Positions 19,640-29,903 of a stretch of 64,000 bases of DNA are shown here, piece by piece. The first letter of the stretch is position 1. Every line of letters starts with the position of its first letter. The notes beneath the pieces are model-generated. The model was not told where the DNA came from. It did no database searches and was given only the letters and a program-made list of their open reading frames with translations. A program made the position numbers and the translations under genes. The stretch is taken from NCBI GenBank assembly GCA_040505895.1, contig JBEVXU010000001.1, positions 124,834-188,833 on the forward strand. Reading direction: 5' to 3'. This DNA comes from Sedimenticola sp. GTDB lineage: Bacteria > Pseudomonadota > Gammaproteobacteria > Chromatiales > Chromatiaceae.

Positions 19640-20634
19640 GCAAAAAGAGAGCGTTGACTACCGACGAGATGCAGAAGCTACAGGCACTGGGGCTTGCGGT
19701 AATCAACAATGAGGCCGCCGCAATAAAAGCGCTGGCTGAGCGGATAAATGGTGATTTCGCCCTTGCCTGCGGTCATATGCTTAACTGTAAAGGCCGCATT
19801 GTCGTCACCGGCATGGGTAAATCGGGCCATATCGGCGGAAAGATTGCCGCCACACTGGCCAGCACCGGTAGCCCCGCCTTCTTTGTCCACCCTGGCGAGG
19901 CAAGCCACGGTGACCTGGGAATGATCACAGCCGGCGATGTGGTGCTGGCGCTTTCAAACTCTGGAGAGACATCAGAGCTACTCACCATCCTGCCCCTCAT
20001 CAAGCGGCTGGGGGCGCCCCTGATCGCCATGACCGGCAATCCCAACTCCAACCTAGCCACTGAGGCGGATGTCCACATCGACGTCAGCGTCGAGCAAGAA
20101 GCCTGCCCTCTCAACCTCGCTCCCACCTCCAGCACCACCGCCGCCCTGGCCATGGGAGACGCCCTGGCCGTAGCACTGCTGGAGTCACGGGGTTTCACTG
20201 AAATGGACTTTGCACGCTCCCACCCCGGCGGCAGCCTGGGACGCCGTCTACTGCTCCACATCAGTGACGTGATGCAGTCAGGTGAGCGAATACCGGTCGT
20301 TTCAGAAACGGCGAGCCTCACCGACGCCCTGATGGAGATGACTAATAAAGGTCTCGGCATGACTGCCATCGTGGATAATCAAGGCTGTCTGACCGGCATA
20401 TACACCGATGGCGATCTGCGCCGCACTCTGGACAAGGGGGTGGATATCCGTAATAGCCGGGTCAGCGACGTCATGACCCGGGAGTGCAAGACCGTTACCG
20501 CCAACTTGCTGGCCGCTGAGGCGCTGCAGATCATGGAAGAGGGCAAAATCAATGCCCTTCTGGTGGTCGATGAAAATAGCCGGCTGGTCGGTGCACTCAA
20601 CATGCACAACCTGTTGAAAGCAGGTGTGGTATAA
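19636..20634 (+). CDS. kdsD: Arabinose-5-phosphate isomerase (SIS plus tandem CBS domains)
   Basis: VVTGMGKSGHIGGKIAATLASTGSPAFFVHPGEASHGDLG followed by a CBS pair. Confidence 0.9.
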   Translation: MSKKRALTTDEMQKLQALGLAVINNEAAAIKALAERINGDFALACGHMLNCKGRIVVTGMGKSGHIGGKIAATLASTGSPAFFVHPGEASHGDLGMITAGDVVLALSNSGETSELLTILPLIKRLGAPLIAMTGNPNSNLATEADVHIDVSVEQEACPLNLAPTSSTTAALAMGDALAVALLESRGFTEMDFARSHPGGSLGRRLLLHISDVMQSGERIPVVSETASLTDALMEMTNKGLGMTAIVDNQGCLTGIYTDGDLRRTLDKGVDIRNSRVSDVMTRECKTVTANLLAAEALQIMEEGKINALLVVDENSRLVGALNMHNLLKAGVV

Positions 20635-20666
20635 CTTGGCGAACCGTGTAATTAAGAGATAGCAGT

Positions 20667-21188
20667 ATGCAAGATATAATGGAGCGGGCCGCTCAGGTAC
20701 GCCTTGTGATTTTTGATGTTGATGGAGTGCTGACCGATGGAAGTCTCTATTTTGGGGATGACGGCCAGGAGTATAAAGCGTTCAATGCCAAAGATGGGCT
20801 AGGCATGAAAATGCTACAGAAGAGTGGCGTCGAAGTGGCCATTATCACCGCCCGTACCTCTCGTGTAGTGGCACTGCGGATGGAAAATCTGGGAATAAAG
20901 CACTTCTATCAAGGCAGACAACAGAAATTGCCGGCATTCGAAGAGTTGCGGGATAAGCTGGGGTTACGCAACGAGCAAATTGCCTACGTCGGTGACGACG
21001 TGGTCGACCTACCGGTGATGACCCGGGTCGGTTTGTCGATTACAGTCCAGGATGCCCACAAACGGGCTAAGCAGCACGCACATTGGCAAACTACCCTTCC
21101 AGGCGGTCACGGCGCCGCTCGTGAGGTGTGCGATCTGCTGATGGAAGCCCAGGGCACAATCGAGGGTGTCATGAAACAATACCTGTAA
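20667..21188 (+). CDS. kdsC: KDO-8-phosphate phosphatase
   Basis: HAD motifs FDVDGVLTDG and VAYVGDDVVDLP. It follows kdsD. Confidence 0.9.
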   Translation: MQDIMERAAQVRLVIFDVDGVLTDGSLYFGDDGQEYKAFNAKDGLGMKMLQKSGVEVAIITARTSRVVALRMENLGIKHFYQGRQQKLPAFEELRDKLGLRNEQIAYVGDDVVDLPVMTRVGLSITVQDAHKRAKQHAHWQTTLPGGHGAAREVCDLLMEAQGTIEGVMKQYL

Positions 21189-21289
21189 TCCAGTGTCTAT
21201 TGGCAAGGGAGCGGTCATTGCATGAGGCACGCATTTCCATGAACGCTACCAAGCTCACTGAAGCCGTATTTATCACATTGAAGGGGTAC

Positions 21290-21454
21290 TAGGAGCCTAC
21301 CTGAGAATAGAGAACCTACTGCGGGAAAGCTATTTTGGCCCATTTTCCCGCTCATTTTCGTTGAATAAGAGCGACTATTCGCCTCAAATGATCAAAAAAA
21401 TGGACTCAAAATGACCTCCCCTCGCTACGGCTCCTATTCTCGGACAGGCTCCTA
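21290..21454. mobile_element. MITE-like element, family 2 (related architecture to family 1)
   Basis: TA-flanked. TIRs are TAGGAGCCTACCTGAGAATAG ... CTATTCTCGGACAGGCTCCTA. It sits between kdsC and lptC and ends directly at the lptC GTG. Confidence 0.7.
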
Positions 21455-22021
21455 GTGGAACCTAGAAACCTTATTGTTGGCACCCTGCTGTTGCTACTGG
21501 CGGGTGGCAGTTGGTGGCTTTCACAAAGCTCATCCTCTGATAGGGAAGAGACAAAAACCGCTCACCACACCCCCGACTACTATATTGAAGGGTTTACCGG
21601 CATTAACATGGATAGCGAGGGGAAACCGTCACAGCGGCTGACGGCGGAGCGAATGACGCACTACCCGGATGACAACAGTACCGAGCTGATACTACCAAAA
21701 ATGACAGTGTATGATGGTGATCGCCCACCCTGGCGGATTCGCTCAGAGAGAGGGTGGATATCAGGTGATGGTGAGGTAATACTGCTCAAGGGAGAGGTAC
21801 ATATCGACCGCTCAGTAGCGGCCGGGGTGAGGCCGATCCACATCACCACCCGTGATTTACGGGCACAGCCCAAAGATAACTATGTTGAGAGTGATGCTGA
21901 CACCCATATAATCAGCCAGTCGGACACACTCGACTCAAGAGGAATACAGGTCTGGTTTAGTCAACCGGTACGCATAAAACTACTCGCCAATGTTAGAGGA
22001 CGCTATGAAGTCAACCCGTAA
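21455..22021 (+). CDS. lptC: LPS export protein LptC
   Basis: N-terminal TM anchor plus an OstA-like fold. Positioned between kdsC and lptA. The GTG start is inferred. Confidence 0.8.
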   Translation: MEPRNLIVGTLLLLLAGGSWWLSQSSSSDREETKTAHHTPDYYIEGFTGINMDSEGKPSQRLTAERMTHYPDDNSTELILPKMTVYDGDRPPWRIRSERGWISGDGEVILLKGEVHIDRSVAAGVRPIHITTRDLRAQPKDNYVESDADTHIISQSDTLDSRGIQVWFSQPVRIKLLANVRGRYEVNP

Positions 22022-22511
22022 AATTCTATGTTGGCTGGCCATCAGTCTACTGCCAGCCATGCCTTCACTCGCCCAGGCCCTGCAGTCAGACAAGAACCAG
22101 CCCACCCAGATTGAAGCCGACAGTGTCGAGATTGATGATGGCAAGGGCATCAGCATCTACAAAGGCAATGTGGTGATGACCCAGGGCTCAATCCAATTTA
22201 AAGCAGACAAAGTGGTTGTCACCCAGAGAGAAGAGAAAGCCGACCAGATCACCGCGACCGGCACCCCGGTCCAGTTTCAGCAGGAGATGGACAATAACGA
22301 AGGGATGGTCAAGGGGCGCTCCAAAAGGATTGAGTACGAGGCAGACAGTGAAATCCTCTACATGATTAATGATGCAGTGCTAACCCAGAACAAGGACACT
22401 TTCACCAGTGACCGTATCACCTACGATCGTGCCAAGGCGGTAGTCAAAGCCGGCGCCAGCGCCAAAGGAAAAGAGCGTGTTCGTGTCACCATTGGCGGCG
22501 CAAAGAAATAG
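22005..22511 (+). CDS. lptA: LPS transport periplasmic protein LptA
   Basis: Signal peptide [25 protein letters not shown] and an OstA N-terminal-type domain ([26 protein letters not shown]). Confidence 0.85.
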   Translation: MKSTRKILCWLAISLLPAMPSLAQALQSDKNQPTQIEADSVEIDDGKGISIYKGNVVMTQGSIQFKADKVVVTQREEKADQITATGTPVQFQQEMDNNEGMVKGRSKRIEYEADSEILYMINDAVLTQNKDTFTSDRITYDRAKAVVKAGASAKGKERVRVTIGGAKK

Positions 22512-23236
22512 TGGGCGAACTGCGGGCAAACAACCTGGCCAAGCACTACCGCCACCGTGCTGTTGTCAACGGCGTCTCTCTCTCCGTTGCCAGCGGAGAG
22601 GTGGTGGGCCTGCTCGGCCCCAATGGCGCGGGTAAGACCACCTGCTTTTACATGATCGCCGGCCTGATTCCCTCAGAAGGGGGCAATATCACCGTCGACG
22701 GCCATTCGATCACCTCTCTGCCAATGCATGCACGCGCCCGCCTTGGCCTCGGCTATCTTGCCCAGGAACCCTCTGTATTTCGCAAGCTCAGCGTCAGAGA
22801 CAACATCATGGCAATCCTGGAAACCCGCAAGGAGTTGAAACGGGAACAGCAGGTCGAAGTGTGTGAGACGCTCCTGTTTGACTTCAGCATCAGCCACCTT
22901 CGGGACAACCTCGCCATGAGCCTCTCCGGCGGTGAACGGCGCAGGCTTGAGATCGCACGAGCTCTTGCAGTGGAGCCCCGTTTTATCCTGCTCGATGAAC
23001 CGTTTGCCGGCATCGATCCAATTTCGGTAAAAGATATACAGAACATTATTCGGGAACTTGCATCGAGGAATATTGGTGTTCTGATCACCGACCACAACGT
23101 CCGCGAAACCCTCGGCATCTGCCGCCGCGCCTATATTATCAATGAGGGCAAGGTGATGACGGAGGGAGAACCCGATGATATTTTGGCCCACGAGGAGGTC
23201 CGCTCCGTCTACTTGGGCGAGGAATTCAGATTATAA
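22511..23236 (+). CDS. lptB: LPS export ABC ATPase LptB
   Basis: Walker [13 protein letters not shown] signature [15 protein letters not shown], and Walker [10 protein letters not shown]. Confidence 0.95.
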   Translation: MGELRANNLAKHYRHRAVVNGVSLSVASGEVVGLLGPNGAGKTTCFYMIAGLIPSEGGNITVDGHSITSLPMHARARLGLGYLAQEPSVFRKLSVRDNIMAILETRKELKREQQVEVCETLLFDFSISHLRDNLAMSLSGGERRRLEIARALAVEPRFILLDEPFAGIDPISVKDIQNIIRELASRNIGVLITDHNVRETLGICRRAYIINEGKVMTEGEPDDILAHEEVRSVYLGEEFRL

Positions 23237-23378
23237 ATTCTATTTCCCAGCTCAAGTTATTGACCCATAGCAATGGAATGTAAAAGAAGCTTTTGTACCA
23301 GGAGAGGGGTTTTGAGCTAGAATGAAGTTGTGAAAGCCATACAAATAACGTACCAATATTGAAGATCAAGTATCCTGA

Positions 23379-24881
23379 ATGAAGCAAACTCTCCAGCTTC
23401 GCCTCGGCCAACACTTGACCATGACGCCGCAGCTGCAGCAGGCTATTCGCCTGCTGCAGCTTTCGACGCTCGACCTGTGTGAGGAAATTCAGGAAGCACT
23501 CGACTCCAACCTGATGCTTGAAGTCGAGGAAGAGGGCGGCAGTCGCAACGATAGCGAGGCCGCGACCGCACCGTCCCAGAGCAGTGAGCAGCAACCGTCA
23601 TTGGAAACTGGGGGTACAGCGGCGAGCAACGACAACAATAACGAGAAGGAGATCAACGCAGAAGCTAACTCCATGCCGGACGAACTACCGGTGGACAGCG
23701 GTTGGGATGATGTCTACGACAGCGCCCTGCCCCCTTCCTCCGGCGTCGCCTCAAAGGAGAGTGCCGATACCGACTTCCTTGCTCAGCGTCGTGATGCACG
23801 AACCCTCTATGACTACCTCACCTGGCAACTTAACCTAACACCTTTCAGTGAGACTGATCGCAGCATCGCCACTACCATCATCGACGCTGTCAGCGAAGAC
23901 GGTTACCTCACCTGCAGCCTGGATGAAATACTTGAAGGTATGCAGAACGAGGAGATCGATCTGGATGAAATGGAGGCGGTACTGCACCGTGTGCAACAGT
24001 TTGATCCCCCAGGCGTGGCGGCAAGGGGTCCACGTGAGTGCCTGCTAATCCAGCTTGAGCAGTACCCGGAGCCTCACCCCTATCTGGCGCAGGCGAAACG
24101 TCTGCTGCGGGACTATTTTGATCTACTGGCCCAGCAGGACCACAACCAGATCAAACGTAAACTGAAGATCAATGACGATGAATTAAGCGCCATCAATCAC
24201 CTAATCCGCTCCCTGGCACCACGGCCCGGCACACTGGTTTCCGAAACGGAGGCACAGTACGTTATTCCAGATGTTTTCGTCCACCGTAGAGAGGGCGTCT
24301 GGCACGTCAATCTCAACACCGAAGCGACACCTCGGTTGCGGGTCAATGCAGAGTACGCCGGCATGATACGTCGTGCCGACAACAGCAATGACAACACCTA
24401 CCTGAAAAACCACTTGCAGGAGGCTCGCTGGTTGATAAAAAGCCTGGTAAGCCGAAATGAGACCCTGCTTAGGGTCGCCACCAAAATCGTCGAGTTTCAG
24501 CGTGGATTCTTTGAGCACGGCGAGGAAGCGATGCGCCCCTTGGTACTGAGGGATATCGCCGAAGCACTGGAGATGCACGAATCGACCATTTCCCGAGTCA
24601 CCACCCAAAAGTATATGCACACCCCTCGAGGAACCCTCGAGTTTAAGTATTTCTTCTCCAGCCATGTCAGTACGGTTGGAGGCGGAGAATGTTCCGCCAC
24701 TGCAATCCGAGCACTGATCAAAAAACTGGTCGCTGCCGAGCTGCCGAAAAAGCCGCTCAGCGACAATAAAATAGCGGGCATACTCGCAGATCAGGGTATC
24801 AAGGTTGCGCGGCGGACTGTTGCGAAATATCGCGAGTCAATGGCGATACCGCCCTCTAATGAGCGGAAACACCTAACCTAA
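23379..24881 (+). CDS. rpoN: RNA polymerase sigma-54
   Basis: [33 protein letters not shown] and the RpoN box [10 protein letters not shown]. Confidence 0.95.
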   Translation: MKQTLQLRLGQHLTMTPQLQQAIRLLQLSTLDLCEEIQEALDSNLMLEVEEEGGSRNDSEAATAPSQSSEQQPSLETGGTAASNDNNNEKEINAEANSMPDELPVDSGWDDVYDSALPPSSGVASKESADTDFLAQRRDARTLYDYLTWQLNLTPFSETDRSIATTIIDAVSEDGYLTCSLDEILEGMQNEEIDLDEMEAVLHRVQQFDPPGVAARGPRECLLIQLEQYPEPHPYLAQAKRLLRDYFDLLAQQDHNQIKRKLKINDDELSAINHLIRSLAPRPGTLVSETEAQYVIPDVFVHRREGVWHVNLNTEATPRLRVNAEYAGMIRRADNSNDNTYLKNHLQEARWLIKSLVSRNETLLRVATKIVEFQRGFFEHGEEAMRPLVLRDIAEALEMHESTISRVTTQKYMHTPRGTLEFKYFFSSHVSTVGGGECSATAIRALIKKLVAAELPKKPLSDNKIAGILADQGIKVARRTVAKYRESMAIPPSNERKHLT

Positions 24882-24896
24882 AGTAAGGAGCTAATT

Positions 24897-25232
24897 ATGC
24901 AAATCAGCCTCACTGGTCACCATATGGACATCACCGATTCACTCCGCAACGCGGTGGATTCAAAATTCGAACGGCTGGAACGCCATTTTGAACATGTTAC
25001 GAATGTCCATGTCATTCTCAGTGTAGAGAAATTGAGGCAGAAGGCGGAAGCTACACTCCACGTCAATGGAGCTGATGTCCATGGCGAGTGTGTCGAAGAG
25101 GATATGTATGCCGCCATAGACGGGCTGATCGACAAGCTCGACAGGCAGGTGAAAAAACTCAAGGAGAAACACACCAACCATCGCAGCAATCTCGATGTGA
25201 AAGGGCTTGAGCCGCTACAGGACGAACTGTAA
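24897..25232 (+). CDS. hpf: Ribosome hibernation promoting factor
   Basis: MQISLTGHHMDITDSLRNAV... of typical short HPF length. It follows rpoN. Confidence 0.9.
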   Translation: MQISLTGHHMDITDSLRNAVDSKFERLERHFEHVTNVHVILSVEKLRQKAEATLHVNGADVHGECVEEDMYAAIDGLIDKLDRQVKKLKEKHTNHRSNLDVKGLEPLQDEL

Positions 25233-25250
25233 AACAGTAAAGAGAAAACT

Positions 25251-25721
25251 ATGTTCCCCGCAGACTTTCTTATCAGTGAACGCGTCAGTTATTGCAATCC
25301 TGCCGCTAGCAAGAAACGCATACTGGAAGCGGTTGGCAAACTGCTAGCCTCTACCACCCCAGGGCTGACTCAGCACCTGGTATTTGACAAGCTTCTGGAA
25401 CGGGAACGTCTGGGCAGTACCGGACTGGGGCATGGCATCGCCTTGCCCCATGCCCGAATGCCTGGAATCAAACAGGCCTACGGCGCCTTCCTGCAACTGG
25501 AAAACAGCGCCGATTTTGATGCCATAGACCGACAACCTGTTGACCTTGTGTTTGGCCTACTGGTGCCGGAAGAGGCAACCCAAGAGCATCTGCAGTTGCT
25601 GGCAATGCTCGCCTCTCTATTCAGCAAGGAAGCGTTTTGCCAGGAGCTTCGAAAGGCCGGTGATTATAGCCAGCTTCTGCAACTCTTCCTCCAGCGGGAT
25701 CTGTTGCAACAGAGCGCATGA
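25251..25721 (+). CDS. ptsN: PTS IIA-Ntr
   Basis: ERERLGSTGLGHGIALPHAR contains the phosphorylatable His motif. Confidence 0.9.
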   Translation: MFPADFLISERVSYCNPAASKKRILEAVGKLLASTTPGLTQHLVFDKLLERERLGSTGLGHGIALPHARMPGIKQAYGAFLQLENSADFDAIDRQPVDLVFGLLVPEEATQEHLQLLAMLASLFSKEAFCQELRKAGDYSQLLQLFLQRDLLQQSA

Positions 25722-26665
25722 GCAAAAACATCACCGTACGCGACCTCTACAACGCCCTCGGCAAAAAGCTTGGGCTGGAGTGGATATCAGGACATGCGGG
25801 ATCTGAGCTTGAACTCAGGGGGCAATTTCCCGGCGCTGACAGTCAGGGGCTTGCAGGGCCGGTAAACTGTATCCAGCCCAACAGAATACAGACCATCGGT
25901 CGTGCTGAACTGATCTACTTCTCTGGTCTTGAGAAACAGTTCTACCAAGATACTCTGGACAAACTGTTTACTGCCAAACCGGCGGCCATCATCCTGGCTG
26001 ACGGTATTGAAGTAGGCAAAAAGTTTATCTCCCGCGCAGAAAAGGAGCGGGTTCCACTGTTACGCTCCTCACTGAGTGACAGTCGGCTGATCAGCGACCT
26101 GCTCTATTATTTAACCAATGTCACCGCCGAGCGCACCACTGAGCATGGCGTTTTCATCGATGTCCTGGGCGTCGGCGTGCTGCTTACCGGAAAACCTGCC
26201 ATTGGAAAAAGTGAACTCGCCCTGGAACTCGTCTCCCGCGGTCACCAATTGATTGCTGATGATGCCCCTGAGTTTTCACGCATTGCCCCCGATATACTCG
26301 ATGGTAAATGCCCATCGATACTCTCGGATTTCCTTGAGGTCAGAGGCCTCGGCCTCATCAATATCCGCTCAATGTTTGGCGACAGTGCCGTTAAACAGCA
26401 CAAATACCTGCAGCTGATTATTCATCTCAAACAGATGACGCCTGAGGAACTCGCCAAGATGGATCGACTGCGCGGCAGCCACGCCAGCCGTTATATCCTC
26501 GGACTGGAGATTCCCGAGGTGACACTGCCGATAGCCCCCGGTCGGGAGATGGCCATTCTGGTCGAAACGGCGGCACGACAACATATCCTGAAACTCAAAG
26601 GTTACAACGCGGCAGATGCCTTTATCGCCCGCCAGCAAGCGGCTATTGAGAAAAAAACAGGCTGA
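25718..26665 (+). CDS. hprK: HPr kinase/phosphorylase
   Basis: P-loop GKPAIGKSELALELVSRGHQLIADD and EVRGLGLINI. Confidence 0.9.
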   Translation: MSKNITVRDLYNALGKKLGLEWISGHAGSELELRGQFPGADSQGLAGPVNCIQPNRIQTIGRAELIYFSGLEKQFYQDTLDKLFTAKPAAIILADGIEVGKKFISRAEKERVPLLRSSLSDSRLISDLLYYLTNVTAERTTEHGVFIDVLGVGVLLTGKPAIGKSELALELVSRGHQLIADDAPEFSRIAPDILDGKCPSILSDFLEVRGLGLINIRSMFGDSAVKQHKYLQLIIHLKQMTPEELAKMDRLRGSHASRYILGLEIPEVTLPIAPGREMAILVETAARQHILKLKGYNAADAFIARQQAAIEKKTG

Positions 26666-26679
26666 GAGACCACTAAAAA

Positions 26680-27537
26680 ATGAAACTGGTTATCATCACC
26701 GGGCTCTCGGGCTCGGGCAAGAGTACTGCACTCCACACCTTGGAGGATATGGGTTACTACTGCATCGATAACCTACCCCTCTTCCTACTTCCCCCCCTTG
26801 CCGGCGGCATGGCCGGCAAAGAGAGCAACCCGTTCCAGCGTGCCGCCATCGTTATTGATGCCCGCACACCCCTGACGGAACTGGAGAGCATTCCCATCCT
26901 CCTGAAACCGTTGCAGGATCAGGAGATCGAATATGAAGTGATTTTTCTTGAGGCCCAGGATGAGACCCTGATCAAGCGCTTCAGTGAGACCCGACGCAAA
27001 CACCCACTTTCAACAGAGGGCTCTCCACTGACAGAAGCGATAGCGCAGGAGCGCCGCCTGATCTCACCCTTCCTAAATGCCGCAGATCTGCGTATCGATA
27101 CCACTCATACCAACCTTCACGAGCTGCAGAACATCATCCGTGACCGTATCGGTGGCCACCGGTCGAGGATAACCTCCCTGCTGTTCCAGTCATTCGGTTA
27201 CAAACACGGTGTCCCACGGGATGCAGACTTCGTCTACGATGTGCGCTGCCTCCCCAATCCCTACTGGCAGCAATCTTTGCGATCATTGACGGGAAGAGAT
27301 GCAGAGGTGATCGACTTTCTCAAGGGAGATGAGCAGGTTCTGCAGTTGCAGCAGGATATATCAGAGTTCCTCGAGCGCTGGATCCCGCTTTTCGAGGCAG
27401 ACGGCCGCAGCTATCTGACCGTTGCCATCGGCTGTACCGGCGGTCAACACCGCTCCGTATTCATAGCAGAACAGCTGACTCATCACTTCCACCAACTCGG
27501 TAGGGAGTCACAGACCCGCCACCGCGAGCTCTCCTGA
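26680..27537 (+). CDS. rapZ: RNase adapter protein RapZ (YhbJ)
   Basis: MKLVIITGLSGSGKSTALHTLEDMGYYCIDNLP and C-terminal GCTGGQHRSV. Confidence 0.9.
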   Translation: MKLVIITGLSGSGKSTALHTLEDMGYYCIDNLPLFLLPPLAGGMAGKESNPFQRAAIVIDARTPLTELESIPILLKPLQDQEIEYEVIFLEAQDETLIKRFSETRRKHPLSTEGSPLTEAIAQERRLISPFLNAADLRIDTTHTNLHELQNIIRDRIGGHRSRITSLLFQSFGYKHGVPRDADFVYDVRCLPNPYWQQSLRSLTGRDAEVIDFLKGDEQVLQLQQDISEFLERWIPLFEADGRSYLTVAIGCTGGQHRSVFIAEQLTHHFHQLGRESQTRHRELS

Positions 27538-27553
27538 GCGACCACCCCTCCGT

Positions 27554-27602
27554 AACTGACAACTGACAACTGACAACTGACAACTGACAACTGACAACTG
27601 AC
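27554..27602. repeat. Perfect heptanucleotide tandem repeat (AACTGAC) x7
   Basis: Counted directly in the rapZ-HPr intergenic region. It begins 16 nt after the rapZ stop and ends 15 nt before the HPr GTG. Confidence 0.95.
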
Positions 27603-27617
27603 AAAACGTAACAGACC

Positions 27618-27887
27618 GTGATTAATAGAGAACTCAACATTATCAATAAGCTTGGACTGCATGCACGTGCAGCAGCCAAGTTCGTCACTACGGCCAGTGG
27701 CTTCAGCAGTAATATTTCCCTCTCCCTCAATGGAATGCAGGTGAATGGGAAAAGCATCATGGGCGTTATGATGCTGGCAGCCGGCCAGGGAAGCAGCCTG
27801 GAGCTCAAAGTGAAAGGAGACGATGAGGATGAGGCAGTGAAGGCGCTGGAGGCACTGGTGAACGACCGCTTTGAGGAAGGTGAATGA
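27618..27887 (+). CDS. ptsO: HPr/NPr phosphocarrier protein
   Basis: His15 context NKLGLHARAA and Ser46 context NGKSIMGVM. Confidence 0.85.
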   Translation: MINRELNIINKLGLHARAAAKFVTTASGFSSNISLSLNGMQVNGKSIMGVMMLAAGQGSSLELKVKGDDEDEAVKALEALVNDRFEEGE

Positions 27888-29629
27888 GCCACCTCTGCTG
27901 CACTGGTATCGGTATTGCCCGAGGTATCTCCATTGGTAGGGCTCACCTACTGCAGCAGAGTCGTATTGAAGTTATTCCCCGTTTTATCGACCCTTCCGAG
28001 GTAGTCAATGAGGTTGAGCGTTTCCGCCGTGCAGTCAATGATGCCCGTCGCCAACTCAAACATGCACGCAGTAAGATCCCCCCGTCCACCCGCAACGATA
28101 TCGTCGAATTTATCGATGCCCACCTGCTGATGCTGGAGGATGCCGCTTTGAGCAGTGCGCCCATCGAGCATATACGGAAAGAGTATTGTGCCGCCGAATG
28201 GGCGCTGCAGCGCCAACGTAATGAGCTGGTTCAGGTTTTCAACGCCATGGAGGATCCCTACCTGCGTACTCGCAAGGATGACGTTGACCACGTAGTCAAC
28301 CAGATCCAGAAAGAGTTACAGCAGCGCGATGAGAACAATCTCAGCAACACCAGTGAGCTCCATGGGAAAATTATACTGGCAGTCGACCTGACACCCGCCG
28401 ATACCTTACTGCTGCGCCACCAGGGTATAGCCGCCTTCGTCACCGAGTACGGCGGCCCGATGTCACACACCGCGATTCTTGCACGTAGCCTGGGTATCCC
28501 GGCAGTTGTGGGGGCTCACCATATCACCCGTTGCCTGAAGCATGGCGAAGAGCTGATTGTCGACGGTCAAGCAGGGGTTGTTCTGGCCGGCGCGACAGAG
28601 CCTATCCTCGCTCACTACCGAAAGCGCATACAGATTGAGATAGAGGAGGCCACAGAGCTGCGCCGCCTTATCGGTGTGCCCGCCATCACTCAAGACGGCA
28701 GCCGCATCCAACTTATGGCCAATATCGAACTGCCGGATGACATTGAGACAACCAGCAAACTAAAGGCGGACGGTGTCGGTCTCTATCGCACAGAGTTTCT
28801 CTACATGAATAGAGACTCGATCCCTGATGAAGAAGAGCACTACCAGACCTACCGGCGCGTAGTAGAGGGGCTTAACGGCATTCCAATCACAATACGCACC
28901 CTCGACCTTGGTGCGGACAAGCGGACCGATCAAAGCAGCAACGAAGCAGTGCCGGGGAGTAACCCGGCATTGGGCCTGCGCGCCATCCGCCTCTGTCTGA
29001 AAGAGCCGGAGCTATTTCTACCCCAGCTACGTGCCATCCTGCGCGCCGCAGCCCTCGGACCCATTCGGCTGATGGTACCCATGCTCAGCAGTTTACAAGA
29101 GGTGGAAAAACTCAAAACACTGGTCAGCGAAGCAGCCGACAGCCTCACCCGGGAGGGCCTTCCCTTCTCTTCTGAAATACCGATCGGCGGCATGATAGAG
29201 ATCCCGGCCGCCGCACTCATCGCCGACGCCTTTGCCAGAGAGCTGGATTTTCTCTCTATTGGCACCAACGACCTGATTCAGTACACACTGGCAGTTGACC
29301 GTATCGATGACGAGGTAAACTACCTCTATGACCCGTTGCACCCTGCCGTATTACGCTTGATAAAGATGACTATAGATGCCGGGGAACGCGCCGGCATACC
29401 TGTAAGCATGTGTGGGGAGATGGCAGGCGACCGTCGCTACACTCCTCTGCTGCTTGGTTTGGGGCTGCGTGAGTTCAGCATGTTGCCGGGCTCTCTGCTG
29501 GAGGTAAAACAGCTGCTGCTCACTCTCAACAGCAAGGAGCTGAAGCGGCGCACCCAGGAGATAATGGCTTCCCTAGATTCCAACAACAGCGCACAACTGT
29601 TATCTCAGTTATGCCCCACAACTCACTGA
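27884..29629 (+). CDS. ptsI: PEP-protein phosphotransferase (enzyme I) with no N-terminal GAF domain
   Basis: 581 aa. Phospho-His region GGPMSHTAILARSLGIPAVVG and the PEP-utilising C-terminal domain GTNDLIQYTLAVDR. ATGA overlap with the HPr stop. Confidence 0.9.
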   Translation: MSHLCCTGIGIARGISIGRAHLLQQSRIEVIPRFIDPSEVVNEVERFRRAVNDARRQLKHARSKIPPSTRNDIVEFIDAHLLMLEDAALSSAPIEHIRKEYCAAEWALQRQRNELVQVFNAMEDPYLRTRKDDVDHVVNQIQKELQQRDENNLSNTSELHGKIILAVDLTPADTLLLRHQGIAAFVTEYGGPMSHTAILARSLGIPAVVGAHHITRCLKHGEELIVDGQAGVVLAGATEPILAHYRKRIQIEIEEATELRRLIGVPAITQDGSRIQLMANIELPDDIETTSKLKADGVGLYRTEFLYMNRDSIPDEEEHYQTYRRVVEGLNGIPITIRTLDLGADKRTDQSSNEAVPGSNPALGLRAIRLCLKEPELFLPQLRAILRAAALGPIRLMVPMLSSLQEVEKLKTLVSEAADSLTREGLPFSSEIPIGGMIEIPAAALIADAFARELDFLSIGTNDLIQYTLAVDRIDDEVNYLYDPLHPAVLRLIKMTIDAGERAGIPVSMCGEMAGDRRYTPLLLGLGLREFSMLPGSLLEVKQLLLTLNSKELKRRTQEIMASLDSNNSAQLLSQLCPTTH

Positions 29630-29705
29630 ATTAACAACTTCTGATTAATTCTGGATAAAGTGGATTCTGAATCAGAATATTCCGGCTCAATAGTAAATAA
29701 CCGAA

Positions 29706-29857
29706 AATGGCTGTGCACAATAATCCGGGAACCAGGTGTAGGAGCGAACTTGTTCGCGAAGAACATGCCCGGTCGCCTGATCGCGAATAAATTCGCTCCT
29801 ACATATGCACTTTTTTCTATGAAGAGAGTGCTTCAGGACTATTGTGCATAGCCACTT
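29706..29857. mobile_element. MITE-like element, family 3, copy 1
   Basis: TIRs AATGGCTGTGCACAATA ... TATTGTGCATAGCCACTT. Internal inverted GTAGGAGCGAACTTGTTCGCGAA ... TCGCGAATAAATTCGCTCCTAC. Confidence 0.75.
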
Positions 29858-29903
29858 AACCGAAAAGCCAAAAAATAACCGGATGTAAAGGAGGACAAGA
29901 GTC

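Noticed and set aside
27554-27602. Possibility that the repeated ACTGACA string is a CRISPR array
   Set aside because: The units are 7 bp long and contiguous with no spacers. It is a microsatellite, not a CRISPR array. I saw no CRISPR-like repeat-spacer structure anywhere in the window.
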